Origin: Gordius albopunctatus
Lineage: Eukaryota
Assembly (NCBI GenBank): GCA_964276515.1
Contig: OZ193909.1
Coordinates: 11,780,001 to 11,844,000, forward strand
Length of the DNA stretch: 64,000 bases
Direction of reading: 5' to 3'
This document shows positions 38,850-49,998 of this stretch, in pieces (the first letter of the stretch is position 1; every line of letters starts with the position of its first letter). The position numbers and the translations under genes are program-made. The notes beneath the pieces are model-generated. The model did no database searches. It was not told where the DNA came from and worked only from the letters and a program-made list of their open reading frames with translations.

Positions 38850-40893
38850 TGTATGTATTGTTTATTTGAATGTAAGAACGTTATAAAAAACGAAGTGTTA
38901 AAATTCGAAAAATATAAGAGCGGTAATAAAACAAAATAAAAAAAATATATAATTAAGAAGCGTCGCATGTATCATCTAATAAAAGTGACCAGCTGTCGGC
39001 CAGGGATTAAAAATTGTACTTTGCGCTTAAGATACCAATTTTTTGTTTAAGTAAAAAATTTGTGGAATATTTAGAGGGCAGGCAGCGACGGCTGATATCT
39101 TTAAAAAGCTTGATAGCGGCAGGACCAAAAGTCACAGAACACGAGGCAACGATAGGGGTAAAGATATTAGAGGGTAGGAGGGCCTGGTATTTTACCGTTT
39201 TGCGGTGTTCGGCGAGGGTCAGAGCGTTGTAGTTCTGGTTAGAGGGGGCGAAAATGTGTATGCTGGTGAAATCCCATTTAAGGGGTAGACCATTTTGCCA
39301 AGGGATGAGGGTAGAGCCGTCTGGTCGCATCCTTCCCTCTAACGAAGGGTCAGAGGGCTCTAAAACGGACGGGATGTTGGTTTTTTCAAGAGCGGCTTGG
39401 ATAAGGCTATTCACCTTTTCGTGCCTTGTGTATTTAATTTAATTGTAAAGGCAGTGTAGGGGGTGCCTTGCATAAATGTCTACGTTCTGGGAGCAGTTGC
39501 GACATGAATATTCCTTTGAATAGGGAATTCCTAGTCTGAGGGCGACGGAGTATGCAAGCTCTGGGTCCTCCAACATCAGACCAGAAAGTGAACTAGGATA
39601 AGCTTCTAGCCACAAAAATCAAAGATTTAAGGTTGAAGTGCTGGCAGGCGTCGCAACTCGATAAGAGGTAATCAACGGAGCGCGATACGAGGCCAGCATC
39701 CCAATCCTTTTGTCTTGAGGATATGGGGAAGGGGGTCCCTGGGTTGACGTTGGCAGACCAGACATCTAGAGTTTGTACAAACGATTGGTCTTCGCTTGTT
39801 GTGATTAATCGGTCGATCAAACCTTGGGCGGATTTATACGAGGAGATAAAGGCTGCTAATGAAATTGAGGTAGCTGGGCTCATGCCTAACACGCCAGCTT
39901 TAGTAGGTAATGAGGCTTGGAGCCACGAAGAAGTGCTGATTTTGATGTTAAGGATGGCTTATAGCGTGTTTTTCATAAAGCTATCGTAGCTTTTTAAAAT
40001 CTCGCGTAATAAAAAAGCTGATGATGACCGGAAGCAGTGTTGAATTTTTGAGATATTAAAATAATTTTTAATGATATAAAATGCGTGATGTTTTGGGAGG
40101 GTATTGAGAATTTCCATCTTTGAGGAAAGAGTTGATAGGTGACTATGTAAAAACTCTCTTAAGGCGATTTGTCCACCTATTGGGGAGCCTAAATGAGTTA
40201 AACTTTTCATTTCAACTTTTAAAAAAGGCTTAAAAATGGGAAATATATCTTTATCCGGGCACTGATATATCTCACTTTTAGAGATATTCAATTTCAGGTT
40301 TAGGGTAGCTTCATGATCTCGGATTAAAAGAATGGCCTTGAAGATTTCTTCCGGAGGGCCGCATAAGGTGGCATCGTCTAGGTACCAGACGTTTAATGAT
40401 AAAGCGCATAGGTTTGAGAGAGATTCGGTTAAATTTTTGATTCCTAGACAAAACAAACGTGAACCTAGAGGGTCACCCTGTTGAATACCTTCTGTCGATT
40501 CAATTGTAAAATTCCCCAAACTTTAGTTTTCATATGCAACAGTAACTTAAACTGATGTAATTTGAGAACTTTGGGAACTCATCAACGAAGAAATTTATTA
40601 TCGTTTCTCGGCGAATATTATTGAATGCATTGGCAAAGTCTAGTTTAATCATGCAGTGATTGGAGGGAATTTGTTGAAGACTTGTCCGCGCAGCGTGACT
40701 GGCAGCCTCACAGCCACCTTTAACCCCAAATCCTATTTGATGAGGAATTAACTTGTCGCTTAAACTGGATTTGATTGTCTTACAAATGAGTTTTGATATA
40801 ATACGTCGGAAGACACTGCCAATAGCAATGGCTCTTACCGAATTATCAGGGTTTTTGATAGCGATGAGTTTAGCGCCGAAAAATATAGGATAG
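38850..40893 (-). mobile_element. CRE-clade non-LTR retrotransposon (RT, CCHC, RLE), 5' part lost
   Basis: FFGAKLIAIK...VRAIAIG, IKLDFANAFN, GIQQGDPLG, WYLDD, CRNC..HPLHC, RHEKVN and RPDG..IPW...WDF. Confidence 0.88.
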
Positions 40894-40894
40894 T

Positions 40895-43800
40895 TCCATC
40901 AGGCTTGGAAGGCCGGGATATCAATACTCCCTCATTCCATATAAACCAAAATGTATGCTATGAAAGTTCGTAATAATGAAGGTAATGAAAGCGCTAGGGC
41001 GTCCTCCGTAAACGAGGCGCATGGTAGGCGCCCGTATTACGTGAAAAGTTAACGAGGGTCACTACATCTTTCGCAAACGGATGTAGTTAAAGAAACTAGT
41101 TTGCTAAGGACGAGATTGAGAGTGGGCTCGCTAAATGCTGGAAGGATGACTGCAAAATGCTGAGAAGTTGCTGACACCCTCAGCAAGCGACGGGTCGATA
41201 TAGTGTGTATACAGGAAACAAGATGGTAAGGCGCAAAAACAAGGATGATAGGTGAAGGCTATAAACTTTACTTCAATGGTCTAGAAACAAATAAAAATGG
41301 CGTAGCAATCATATTAGCTTCCCATCTGCAAGATAAAGTCATTGAGGTACAAAGAAAAATTGGGCGACTCATGATGTTGAAACTATGCATAGAAGGTCAA
41401 ATGATTAGCGTAGTTTCCAGATATGCTTCGCAAACAGGATCCACAGATGAAGAAAAGGAGGACTTTAGGGAAAAATCAGACAAAACGCTGCGAATGATAC
41501 CTAGAGCGGAGATAGTTATAATTGGAGCAGATATGAATGATTACGTAGGCAAAATAAGAGAAGGATTTGAACGGTACTATGGTGGAAATGGATACGGAGC
41601 GAGAAACAATGAAGGCGACGAAATATTGAAAATAGCCGTAGCATTTGATTTGGCCATCACAAATATCTTCTTCAAAAAGAATGTAAATCACCTTTAACGT
41701 ACAAAAGTGGAAATCGATCTTCACAGATTGACTTCCTCCTAATATCAAGAAAGGAATTAAAGAATGTACGAGATTGTAAGGTTTTACAAGGTGAAGCTAT
41801 TGCAGCCCAGCATAGACTTGTTGTGATGAACTATACCATATCCAAGGCTAAAAGACAAATGCCCAAGAGATTAAATGAGAAAATCAAATGGTTCCGACTA
41901 ACAAAATTGAAAGATATTTACAATGAGCAAATAGTTGAAAGGCTGCAAATAGATGATCAGCAGAATGCTAACGATATGTGGAATAACATAGCTAACACGG
42001 TACGATCAGTAGCGAGATGTGTTCTAGAAGAAGGTAAACCAGGTATACAAAAAGATAAGGAGACATGGTGGTGGAACGAAGACGTGCAACGCCTGGTCAA
42101 TGGTCAGGAAATAGAAATGAAGAAACACGATTGGCATATGCGAGAACTAAAAACGAGGCAAAACGTTGTGTAGCCAAGGCTAAAACAGAGGTCTACGAAA
42201 ATTTGAATGCCAAGTTAATCAGTAAAGAAGGGGAAAGAATGATCTACAAAATCGCAATGACCAAAGCAAAGAACTCAAAGGATGTGGTAAACGTGAAATC
42301 TATAAAGAGCAAGGAAAGATCAGTCTAACTCTGGATCATCAAATCATAGATCGTTGGGAAGAATACTATAAAGAATTATTAAACAGTGAAAATGTGTTTT
42401 CGGACCACTGCTAAAGCAAGACCTATGAATATGACCCAGAGTTAGAAGTCACAGAGAAAGAGGTTGAACGGGTGCTTAAAAATATGATCATGTGTAGAGC
42501 GGTGGGACCTGATAATATACCTATGGAAGCTTTTAAAATGCTAGGACCCTTAGGTGTACATCTACTTGCAAAGCTGTTTAACAAAATACTTGCAAGTGGT
42601 ATGATGCCGGATGAGTGGAGGGAAAGCTATGTTATACTTATCTATAAAATGAAGGGAGATGTACAAGAATTCAACAACTATCGAGGGATAAAGTTAACGA
42701 GTCACGTAATGAAGGTGTGGGAAAAGGTTATAGAAGCTAGACTCCCAAAAATAATATCAATAGATGAACGACAATTTGGGTTCATGCCTGGAAAGTCGAC
42801 TTCAGATGCAATAAATGGTCTTAGGAGACTTATGGAAGTATATAAGGAAAAACAAAAGGATCTTCATATGTGTTTCATTGATCTTGAGAAAGCTTTCGAT
42901 AAAGTGCCAAGGCAGTGGATATGGGATAGCTTTAGTTCCAATGGTGTACCAGATGCTTATATAATGTTAATAAAGGATATGTATAGAAACGCAAAAACCA
43001 AAGTACGGACATCAGGTGGTACATGAAAGGAATTTAGTCTAAATGTCGGTGTGCATTAAGGATCGGCCCTAAGTCCATTGCTCTTCATAACAATAATGGA
43101 TTCGATAACAAAGAACCTGAAACGCGAATCACCCTGGGCAATGCTCTTTGCGGATGATATCGTCCTGTGTGCAGGCTCAAACGTGGAATTAGCAGAGCAG
43201 GTAAAAGTGTGGATGGAACGAATTGAAAACAAATGCCTTAGGGTCAACCGAGATAAGACTGAATATGTATGTTTGGAGTCGGGGGAATTAATACAAAGAA
43301 ACACACCTGCAAATTGATGACTCGTGTTTAAGCAGCAGGAAAGAATTCAAATATCTTGGTTCTAGGGTACAATGTGATGGTGATGTGGAAAACGAAATTA
43401 AGGCAAGAATAAACGCAGGCTGGCTAAAATTCAGGGAGTTGAGTGGTGTCTTATGTGACAAGCACATACCACTCAAATTGAAATTATGGTTATATAACAC
43501 CGTTATCGTACCCACGGTATTGTATGGAGCAGAAACCTGGGCAATTAGGGCAAAAGAGGAGCAAAACTTGGCTACAATGGAGATGCGAATGTTAAGATGG
43601 ATCTTGGGAATAAGCGAAAAGGACCATATAAGGAATGAAGACACAAGGGATAAACTAAATATACCAATTCAGAGAAAGTTGGTGGTAAGAAGATTGAGAT
43701 GGTATGGCCATTTGGAGAGACGGGAGGAAAGTCACTTGGCAAATCGTATCAAGAAAGTGCAAGTAGAAGGTAAGCGAAAGAGAGGGAGACCTAAACTGAC

Positions 43801-43935
43801 ATGGAAGCATAAAATTGATATGGAATTGAGAAGGTACGAGCTAAAGCGAAGATGGTGTAAGTGCAGGAATACATGGAAAACCTACTTGAAGGAGCTGACC
43901 ACTAAATGTGCCAAACAGCTATAGGAAAAAAATAT
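40895..43935 (+). mobile_element. Near full-length RTE-clade LINE with disabling mutations
   Basis: APE motifs VCIQETRW, NGVAI and IIGADMN; RT motifs FIDLEKAFDKVPR and LFADD; C-terminal RLRWYGH; short A-rich tail. Confidence 0.95.
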
Positions 43936-44706
43936 AAACATATATTTTTTTACATCCTAAACTCCCTTTCAACTGACCCAAATTCTTTCATGTATTTCCT
44001 ATTGATAGATGCCAATTTTATTTAGCTAAATAAGAACTAAGCCAAAGCAACTCTTGTCCGGACACAGCTAGTTATTTTTAAATTTTAATGATTGCATGCA
44101 TATTTTTAGGCAAATTAAATAAAATAATTTTAACATTGATTATGTTAAAATAATTTTGCCATTAACGGGTAATTAATAAAAACTTAATGTGAAAACATAC
44201 AAAAATGGAGTGCAAAAAATGAAACTTAAAAGACATTTGATGGGATTAATCAGTAAAAATGCACATGTAGTATATTGTACTTTTATATAAATGCAATATT
44301 CTTTATGTAAGGACTCCTTTATAAATATGAAAATAGACGTTAAATTCTAATTTAAAAATAGGCTAATTTCAATGATTAAGCTAATATTCATCCAAATGCA
44401 GTAAGTTTAAAAGTTTTATGATTCAACTTTAATGGGGTAATTCAATATTTTAATATTCAAAAGTCTGGCAATATTACGGGCTTACAAAATTTTATTTTTT
44501 CCTTTATTACTTTTGGCTTTTTTACTATGAGTTTTATACGTGGTTTGAGCTGATTAGGTTTGGAAAGTATTTTTTATAATCTTTTTGCATTCTATTTCTA
44601 ATTAAAATGGCATAACGCATGATTTATTTCCCAAAAATTGTATAAGTTTTATATAGGTTGGCTTGACATCATATTTTTTATTTAGATTGTCTAAATTGCA
44701 AGCAGT

Positions 44707-44877
44707 TGTGGGCCTAGACAAGGGTGAAGAGACAGGAAGGGGCGGCTGCTCCCCTCTAAATCCAAAAATTTGTTAAAATTTATTAAAATAATAGCTAAAA
44801 TTTTAAAAAATGTTTTATTTTGCCCCTCCCTAAATTATTATTGTCTCCTTCTATTTTAAATGCTGGCTACGCCCATG
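44707..44877. mobile_element. hAT-type MITE (CATGGGCGTAGC family, left TIR decayed)
   Basis: Perfect 8-bp TSD CAAGCAGT and right TIR GGCTACGCCCATG. Confidence 0.8.
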
Positions 44878-44993
44878 CAAGCAGTTTACAATATAAATGT
44901 TTTTGGTAAATATTTATATATGATTAAAAGGGAAAGATAATTTACCAAATATTTATAACTATACTTTATTAATAATTCTACTAACGTCTTACA

Positions 44994-45329
44994 TCTTATA
45001 TATAAAAATAAAACTATGTGTGTGTGTGTATATATGCCGCCAGCAATTTTGGAAAACTACCAGACCGATTTGTCTCAAAATTTTACAATTTATTCCTGAC
45101 ACTCCGGAAGATGTTTTAAGATTTGTTCGAGCCAAATCGGTCCAGTAGTTTTCGAGTATTCATACGCGTGTAACTGTATACGGAAATAGAACAATAGAAG
45201 TAGAACATATAGACATCAAACTTTATTTTTACTTCAATAACCGCTTTATCATCATATATGCCCTAAAATTCCAACATAATTTAATACACCCGGGTAAATG
45301 GTAAAACAACGTTAGCCGGGTTCATCTAG
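44994..45329 (+). mobile_element. Non-autonomous Helitron, 336 bp
   Basis: A|TC start, (TG)n near the 5' end, hairpin plus CTAG|T end. The last ~150 bp are nearly identical to 62994-63144. Confidence 0.85.
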
Positions 45330-45634
45330 TTTAATATAAATATAAATAATCGAGCGACGCAAATTAAAGCTTCGGGGAATTAAGTAAATAATGTATATAT
45401 CGACGTTTTGCTGAATAATATTAATCCGCGTATCTCGCCCTCTGTTTTCTTTGTGGTTAACGTCAAATAGCAGTTGTACGTAGTAGGAAATATAATATTC
45501 AGGTTCAGTGAGTGTAATGTAACTTTGCGTTCAATTAGAGAATATAATAACGAATTTGACTTGAAATGTTTTCATTCAATCATATAGATACTCTAAACAA
45601 ATAATTAAATTTAATTGAATGCAGCCAGGATTTT

Positions 45635-46545
45635 TTTTATTAAAAAGTTTATTTGTTAAAAATCCGTTGACAGTAATATAATATAAATACATAAAATATA
45701 AAAGACAAAATGCGTCAAATAAAATAATACACTATTCTAATATATCATCATCGAGGGGATCTTCCGAAATTGGCCAAGAATCCGCGAACAATTTAAAATT
45801 GTACTTGGCTATAAGAATACCAAGTCTTTATTTAAGTAAAAAGGATACCGAATGTTTAGACGGGGGAGAACGTCTTCCTACCTCTTTAAAAAAAGCTAAG
45901 GCCTGTTTGCCAAAGGTGCCTGAACACGAAGCAATTAATGGAATAAAAATGTTTGAGGATAATAGGACTTTGTATTTATTAGTTTTCCGCCCCTCTGCGA
46001 CAGCTAAAAAATTATTGTTGTAGTTAGAGAGGGCAAATAGGTCAATCCATGTGAAGTCTCATTATTAAGGCATTGGCCTTATTGTATCTTACATATTTGA
46101 ATATGTTTGTCATGCAGTGTAAGGGATGCCTGGCTTGTTCGTCTACAAGTATGCTGCAATTTCGGCAAATAAATGGCTTCGGAAATTTCACCCCTAGCCT
46201 GAGGGCTATGGAGTACGAAAGTTCCGAGTCCTCCAGCATCATTTCGGTGAGACAGCTTGGGTAGACCTCTAGCGATTCGTGACCTGAGCCATCAAACAAA
46301 AACGACCTTAAATTAGAACACTGACTTGCATCGCTCCTCGAAATTAGATAATCAACGGAGCGCAACACAAATCCGGCATCTCAATCTCTTTGTCGTGAGG
46401 TTTGTGGCAAAGGTGTTCCGGGATTGGTATTTTTTTCCAAATAGCTAAAGCAATGGGTAAAAGCGGGTCTTCTTTAACCGGATACAACTTAAAAATGGTA
46501 TCTTGTGCAGATTTGTAAGATGAAATAAACGAGACTAGAACTAGG
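45635..46545 (-). mobile_element. CRE-clade retrotransposon 3' portion; a probable N-terminal part resumes at ~49252-49950
   Basis: YSIALRLG, CRNC..ARHPLHC and AEGRKTNKY, colinear with the 39-40 kb element but divergent from it. HRLKLWKEG near 49545 resembles the CRE pre-RT region. Confidence 0.75.
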
Positions 46546-49251
46546 TGGGTGCTCATGATATCAGGCTACTCAACCAAGTTTGAGTACAACAAGGGATCCG
46601 GAAACGCGGCAGATTTCTTGTCTAGAAAACCGAACGAAAACGCGTATCAGGTTAGCGAGGAAATGCCAGAATACTCGAAGAATTCGTTTATATTATTAGA
46701 CGTAGTAAGACAACACACCTTGGAAGACCCGGGGCTTCGTCAATTAAAAGAGTGGATTAGAGGTAAAAAAAACACAATGGTCACTTATGGTCTAAAACGC
46801 TCCTACGAAAAACACCTGCCAAAGTTATGTAGGGGTTTAAGCCTACTTTATTTGTATAAAACCAAAGATCATCTCTATCGTTAAACATTAGCTTATATAC
46901 CATTGTAAAGAGGTTAATATGAATAACTCGTAAGGTAGTTTGGGGCTATTCAAATTATAATGATTGTGAATAAAATAAGCAGGAGTATGAATAATGTGTA
47001 TTCAAATATAGTAAGAAGGAATGTGAACAAAGTGATATCCAAATCACAAAGGTACCACTATTCTAATTAGGTAATACCATATTACCCCCCTCCTATTTGC
47101 ATGGAGTGCAAAAAAATAAAAGGATAAGGTGACTGTGGTGGTTGAGGTGTGAATAATGGTTGGTAATGATTAGAACCTTGGTAGTGGTAGTAGTAATTGT
47201 TTTGCCGAACGTATCTTTGCTCGTTGTAATAGGACATGTTGTGTTGGTTGTGTTGAGATGTGTTTTGAAATCAGGACCGTACGCAGAGCAGTAGACAATT
47301 TGAACGTTCGGCAGGTGCTGCTATTGATACTGTAGAAGTGTAGTATGGGATTATGGTTTTCGTCGTTGTAACACTCAAGTAGGTAGGCAGTTTGTGTCTT
47401 TCACAGCAGTTGGACACACATGGTTCTAGTTTTTGCATTCAGATGATGAAGTTGGTTGACTCGATCGTGTCTTTACAATATTTGTATGGTATGCCGGATT
47501 GATAAGATAGTGCCTTATATCTGAGTTATATTGTTTTAACAAACAAAACCAAAACATTATTACTAGATGGGCTGTTATGGGGTAGAAAAAAAATGTAAAG
47601 CTGGGGTTATAAATGTATGGGGGAGGAATAATAAAAAAAATATTCAGCTCCCCGATGACGTCGGGGTCACCAGATTTAGGGGTTTAAGCCTACTTTATTT
47701 GTATAAAACCAAAGATCATCTCTATCGTTAAACATTAGCTTATATATCATTGTAAAGAGGTTAATATGAATAACTCGTAAGATAGTTGGGGGCTATTCAA
47801 ATTATAATTATTGTGAATAAAACAGGAGGATAATTAATAATGTGTATTCAAATATAGTAAGAAGGAATGTGAACAAAGTGATATCCAAATCATAAAGGTA
47901 CCACTATTCTAATTAGGTAATACCATAGTTACATGAAGCCCAAAACATAATATTTTACAAAGGGCAACGAATATTAATTCTGGCTAAGTTACGAGGAGCG
48001 GTACTCCAAAAACTACATAGAGGCCACGTGGGTATCAAGCTAATGCAAGAAGTGGCGTGGCAGTATATATGCTGGCTTACGCTCGACGATGACATAGTGA
48101 GCGTAGCGAAAGGGTGCCGGTATTGCAATTACATGGCCGCGGCGGCAAAGAAGGCACCGTTGATAGAGTGTCAACCTAGCCATAAACCATGGGTTCAAGT
48201 ACATATCGATATCAGTCAAGGGTAAGTAATACCTGGTGATGGTGGACAATAGCTCGAAATGGGTAGAGGTGTTTAAATTAGAAGATACCACGTCGACAAC
48301 CATTATAAAAAAACTTGCCGAAGCGTTTGCTAGATTTGGAAATCCACCATGGTTAATATTAGATAACGTTCCACAATTCAAAGGGCAGGAATTATAGAAT
48401 TTTTGCAAGATGAGAGGGATTAATCAGCGATGGACAGCCCCTTACCATACTGCGTCGAACGGTCTGGCAGAAAGTATGTACTGTAATTAAAGAAGCCATT
48501 ATGAGGAACGAGTCGGAAGCAGGGCTAAGTAGATTTTTGGAAAACTACAGATCTACAAAACACCCCAGAACCAATAAAAGCCCACCCGAGGTGATGCTAA
48601 AAAGGCGTATACCAACCGAATGCGAGGTATTGAGGGAAACCGTAACACAACCATGGGTAGAGACGGGGAACACGCGAATGTTCAATGTAGGAGACTTGGT
48701 GTGGATACGCATGTTTTTGGGTCCAAGCAAATGGGTAGAAGGCACGATAAAAGCCAAGCACGGTAGTCGTTCCTACGATGTATGGGCACAGGGAAGAAAG
48801 CACCACCGACACGTGAATCAAGTAAGGAAACGGAGAATCCTGTATTAGACCAGGCTGGGACAAGAGAACGGGTGGCCACAAAGGATATCATCAGAAAGGG
48901 AAGAGGGAACAAGTTCTCCAAGGGAAAAAAGGCAAAACAGCGGAACAAGCGCTACAGGCAAACAAATTCAAAACCAGTCAGGAACGCCGAGCGAAGAACC
49001 TAGATGCCCACAGCGTAGTCGGAAACTGCCATCATTCCTTAAGGATTTTGTCTGTTAAAAGAGGGGATCTGTAGAGAGGTAACAGGAGTGCGAAGTGCCT
49101 CCGGGAATACCTTATTTACTGATGTGTTGACAACCAAATTATCGTTAATTGGTTGTAACTTATATATGCGTAGGATATACACGTTTTACTCACTTTTTAT
49201 ATTATTGTATCGCTTCGAAAACTGTAGTAATAAAAATTGCCAGTCCCAACA
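46546..49251 (+). mobile_element. Gypsy 3' half (RNase H end, integrase, PPT, 3' LTR 49070-49251)
   Basis: NAADFLSR, LHRGHVG..C..C, VHID, DNVPQF and APYHTASNGLAE. PPT AAAAGAGGGGA, then an LTR TGT...ACA containing AATAAA. Confidence 0.88.
46828..47927 (-). mobile_element. TRIM-like miniature non-coding LTR element (LTRs 46828-47081 and 47675-47927)
   Basis: Two ~253-bp direct repeats, PBS TGGTGACCCCGACGT (tRNA-Trp), PPT AGGAGGGGGG and 4-bp TSD GTTA. Removing it restores the host frame PKLHEAQNIIFYKG. Confidence 0.9.
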
Positions 49252-49998
49252 ATGTTAATAAAATAAGGATAAGTAATATATCAATGTAAATAGATAAGTG
49301 ATATACTGTGAAGGGTTTCTAGGTAAATAAGTAGAGGATTCCGTTTGTTGTGCATAATTGAGAAGAATTTCATGAGGAGGATAGCTTGATACTTGATAGT
49401 GATGAGCATATGGATTGGAAAAACATAAAATAAGAATTATTATAATTTTCATGCAGAACTTCCATTAACGGCAAATCTTTCCACATCCTTTGAGGGGTAT
49501 ATACTAACTTGTATGGATCCCAAGATGATTATGTTGTTTTCCTTCTTTCCACAATTTTAGGCGATGCGCCATCGTAAGAACACTATTCTTAGCATAAGTT
49601 GAGTGAAAGCTAGTGTGGAGGATGGAGTTTTAATTATGCTGTATGTTGAATATAGGAGAGGAGTGTAAATGTTTGCGAGGGATTGGGGCTTAATGGGAGG
49701 TCTTTGTTACACTAAAAAGGAGCAGAAGAATATTAAGGCATGTTAATATGCTAAAATTAGCCCTTACTTTGAATAGGTTTCTACCCTAGGTTTTTTACGA
49801 TATAAGAGGGGAATTCAATTTGGGTTACTAAGAAATGTAGCGAATTCGCTCAATTTATGAATTTTCAAGATTTGAAATATACCATAATTTGTTGTGTTAA
49901 TAGGCTGTCGTACGTAATGATAGTTTATATTTAGAATTGGGATCAAGAGTAAGAGTTATTTATGAGTCCGTAACATTTAAAGTAGTGATCGTAATTAG

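Larger units (their letters stand above)
38628..44071 (+). mobile_element. Helitron termini enclosing a hAT end, a CRE element and an RTE
   Basis: The 5' end A|TCTTATATATAAAAATGAAACTATG matches the start at 44994. The 3' end is GCCAAAGCAACTCTTGTCCGGACACAGCTAG|T. Pairing of the two ends is inferred. Confidence 0.55.

Noticed and set aside
30836..43644. Conserved antisense ORFs in both RTE copies
   Set aside because: Explained by near-identity of the copies and the sense-strand coding constraint; there is no independent evidence of function.
38850..45640. Strict sequence-specific targeting of Helitrons by CRE elements
   Set aside because: The three CRE 3' flanks differ (Helitron unit, hAT end, unique DNA). 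It is kept only as a testable association.
47657..47672. tRNA-Trp-like sequence
   Set aside because: Only the 3'-terminal ~15 nt including CCA are present next to an LTR, so it is a primer-binding site and not a tRNA gene.
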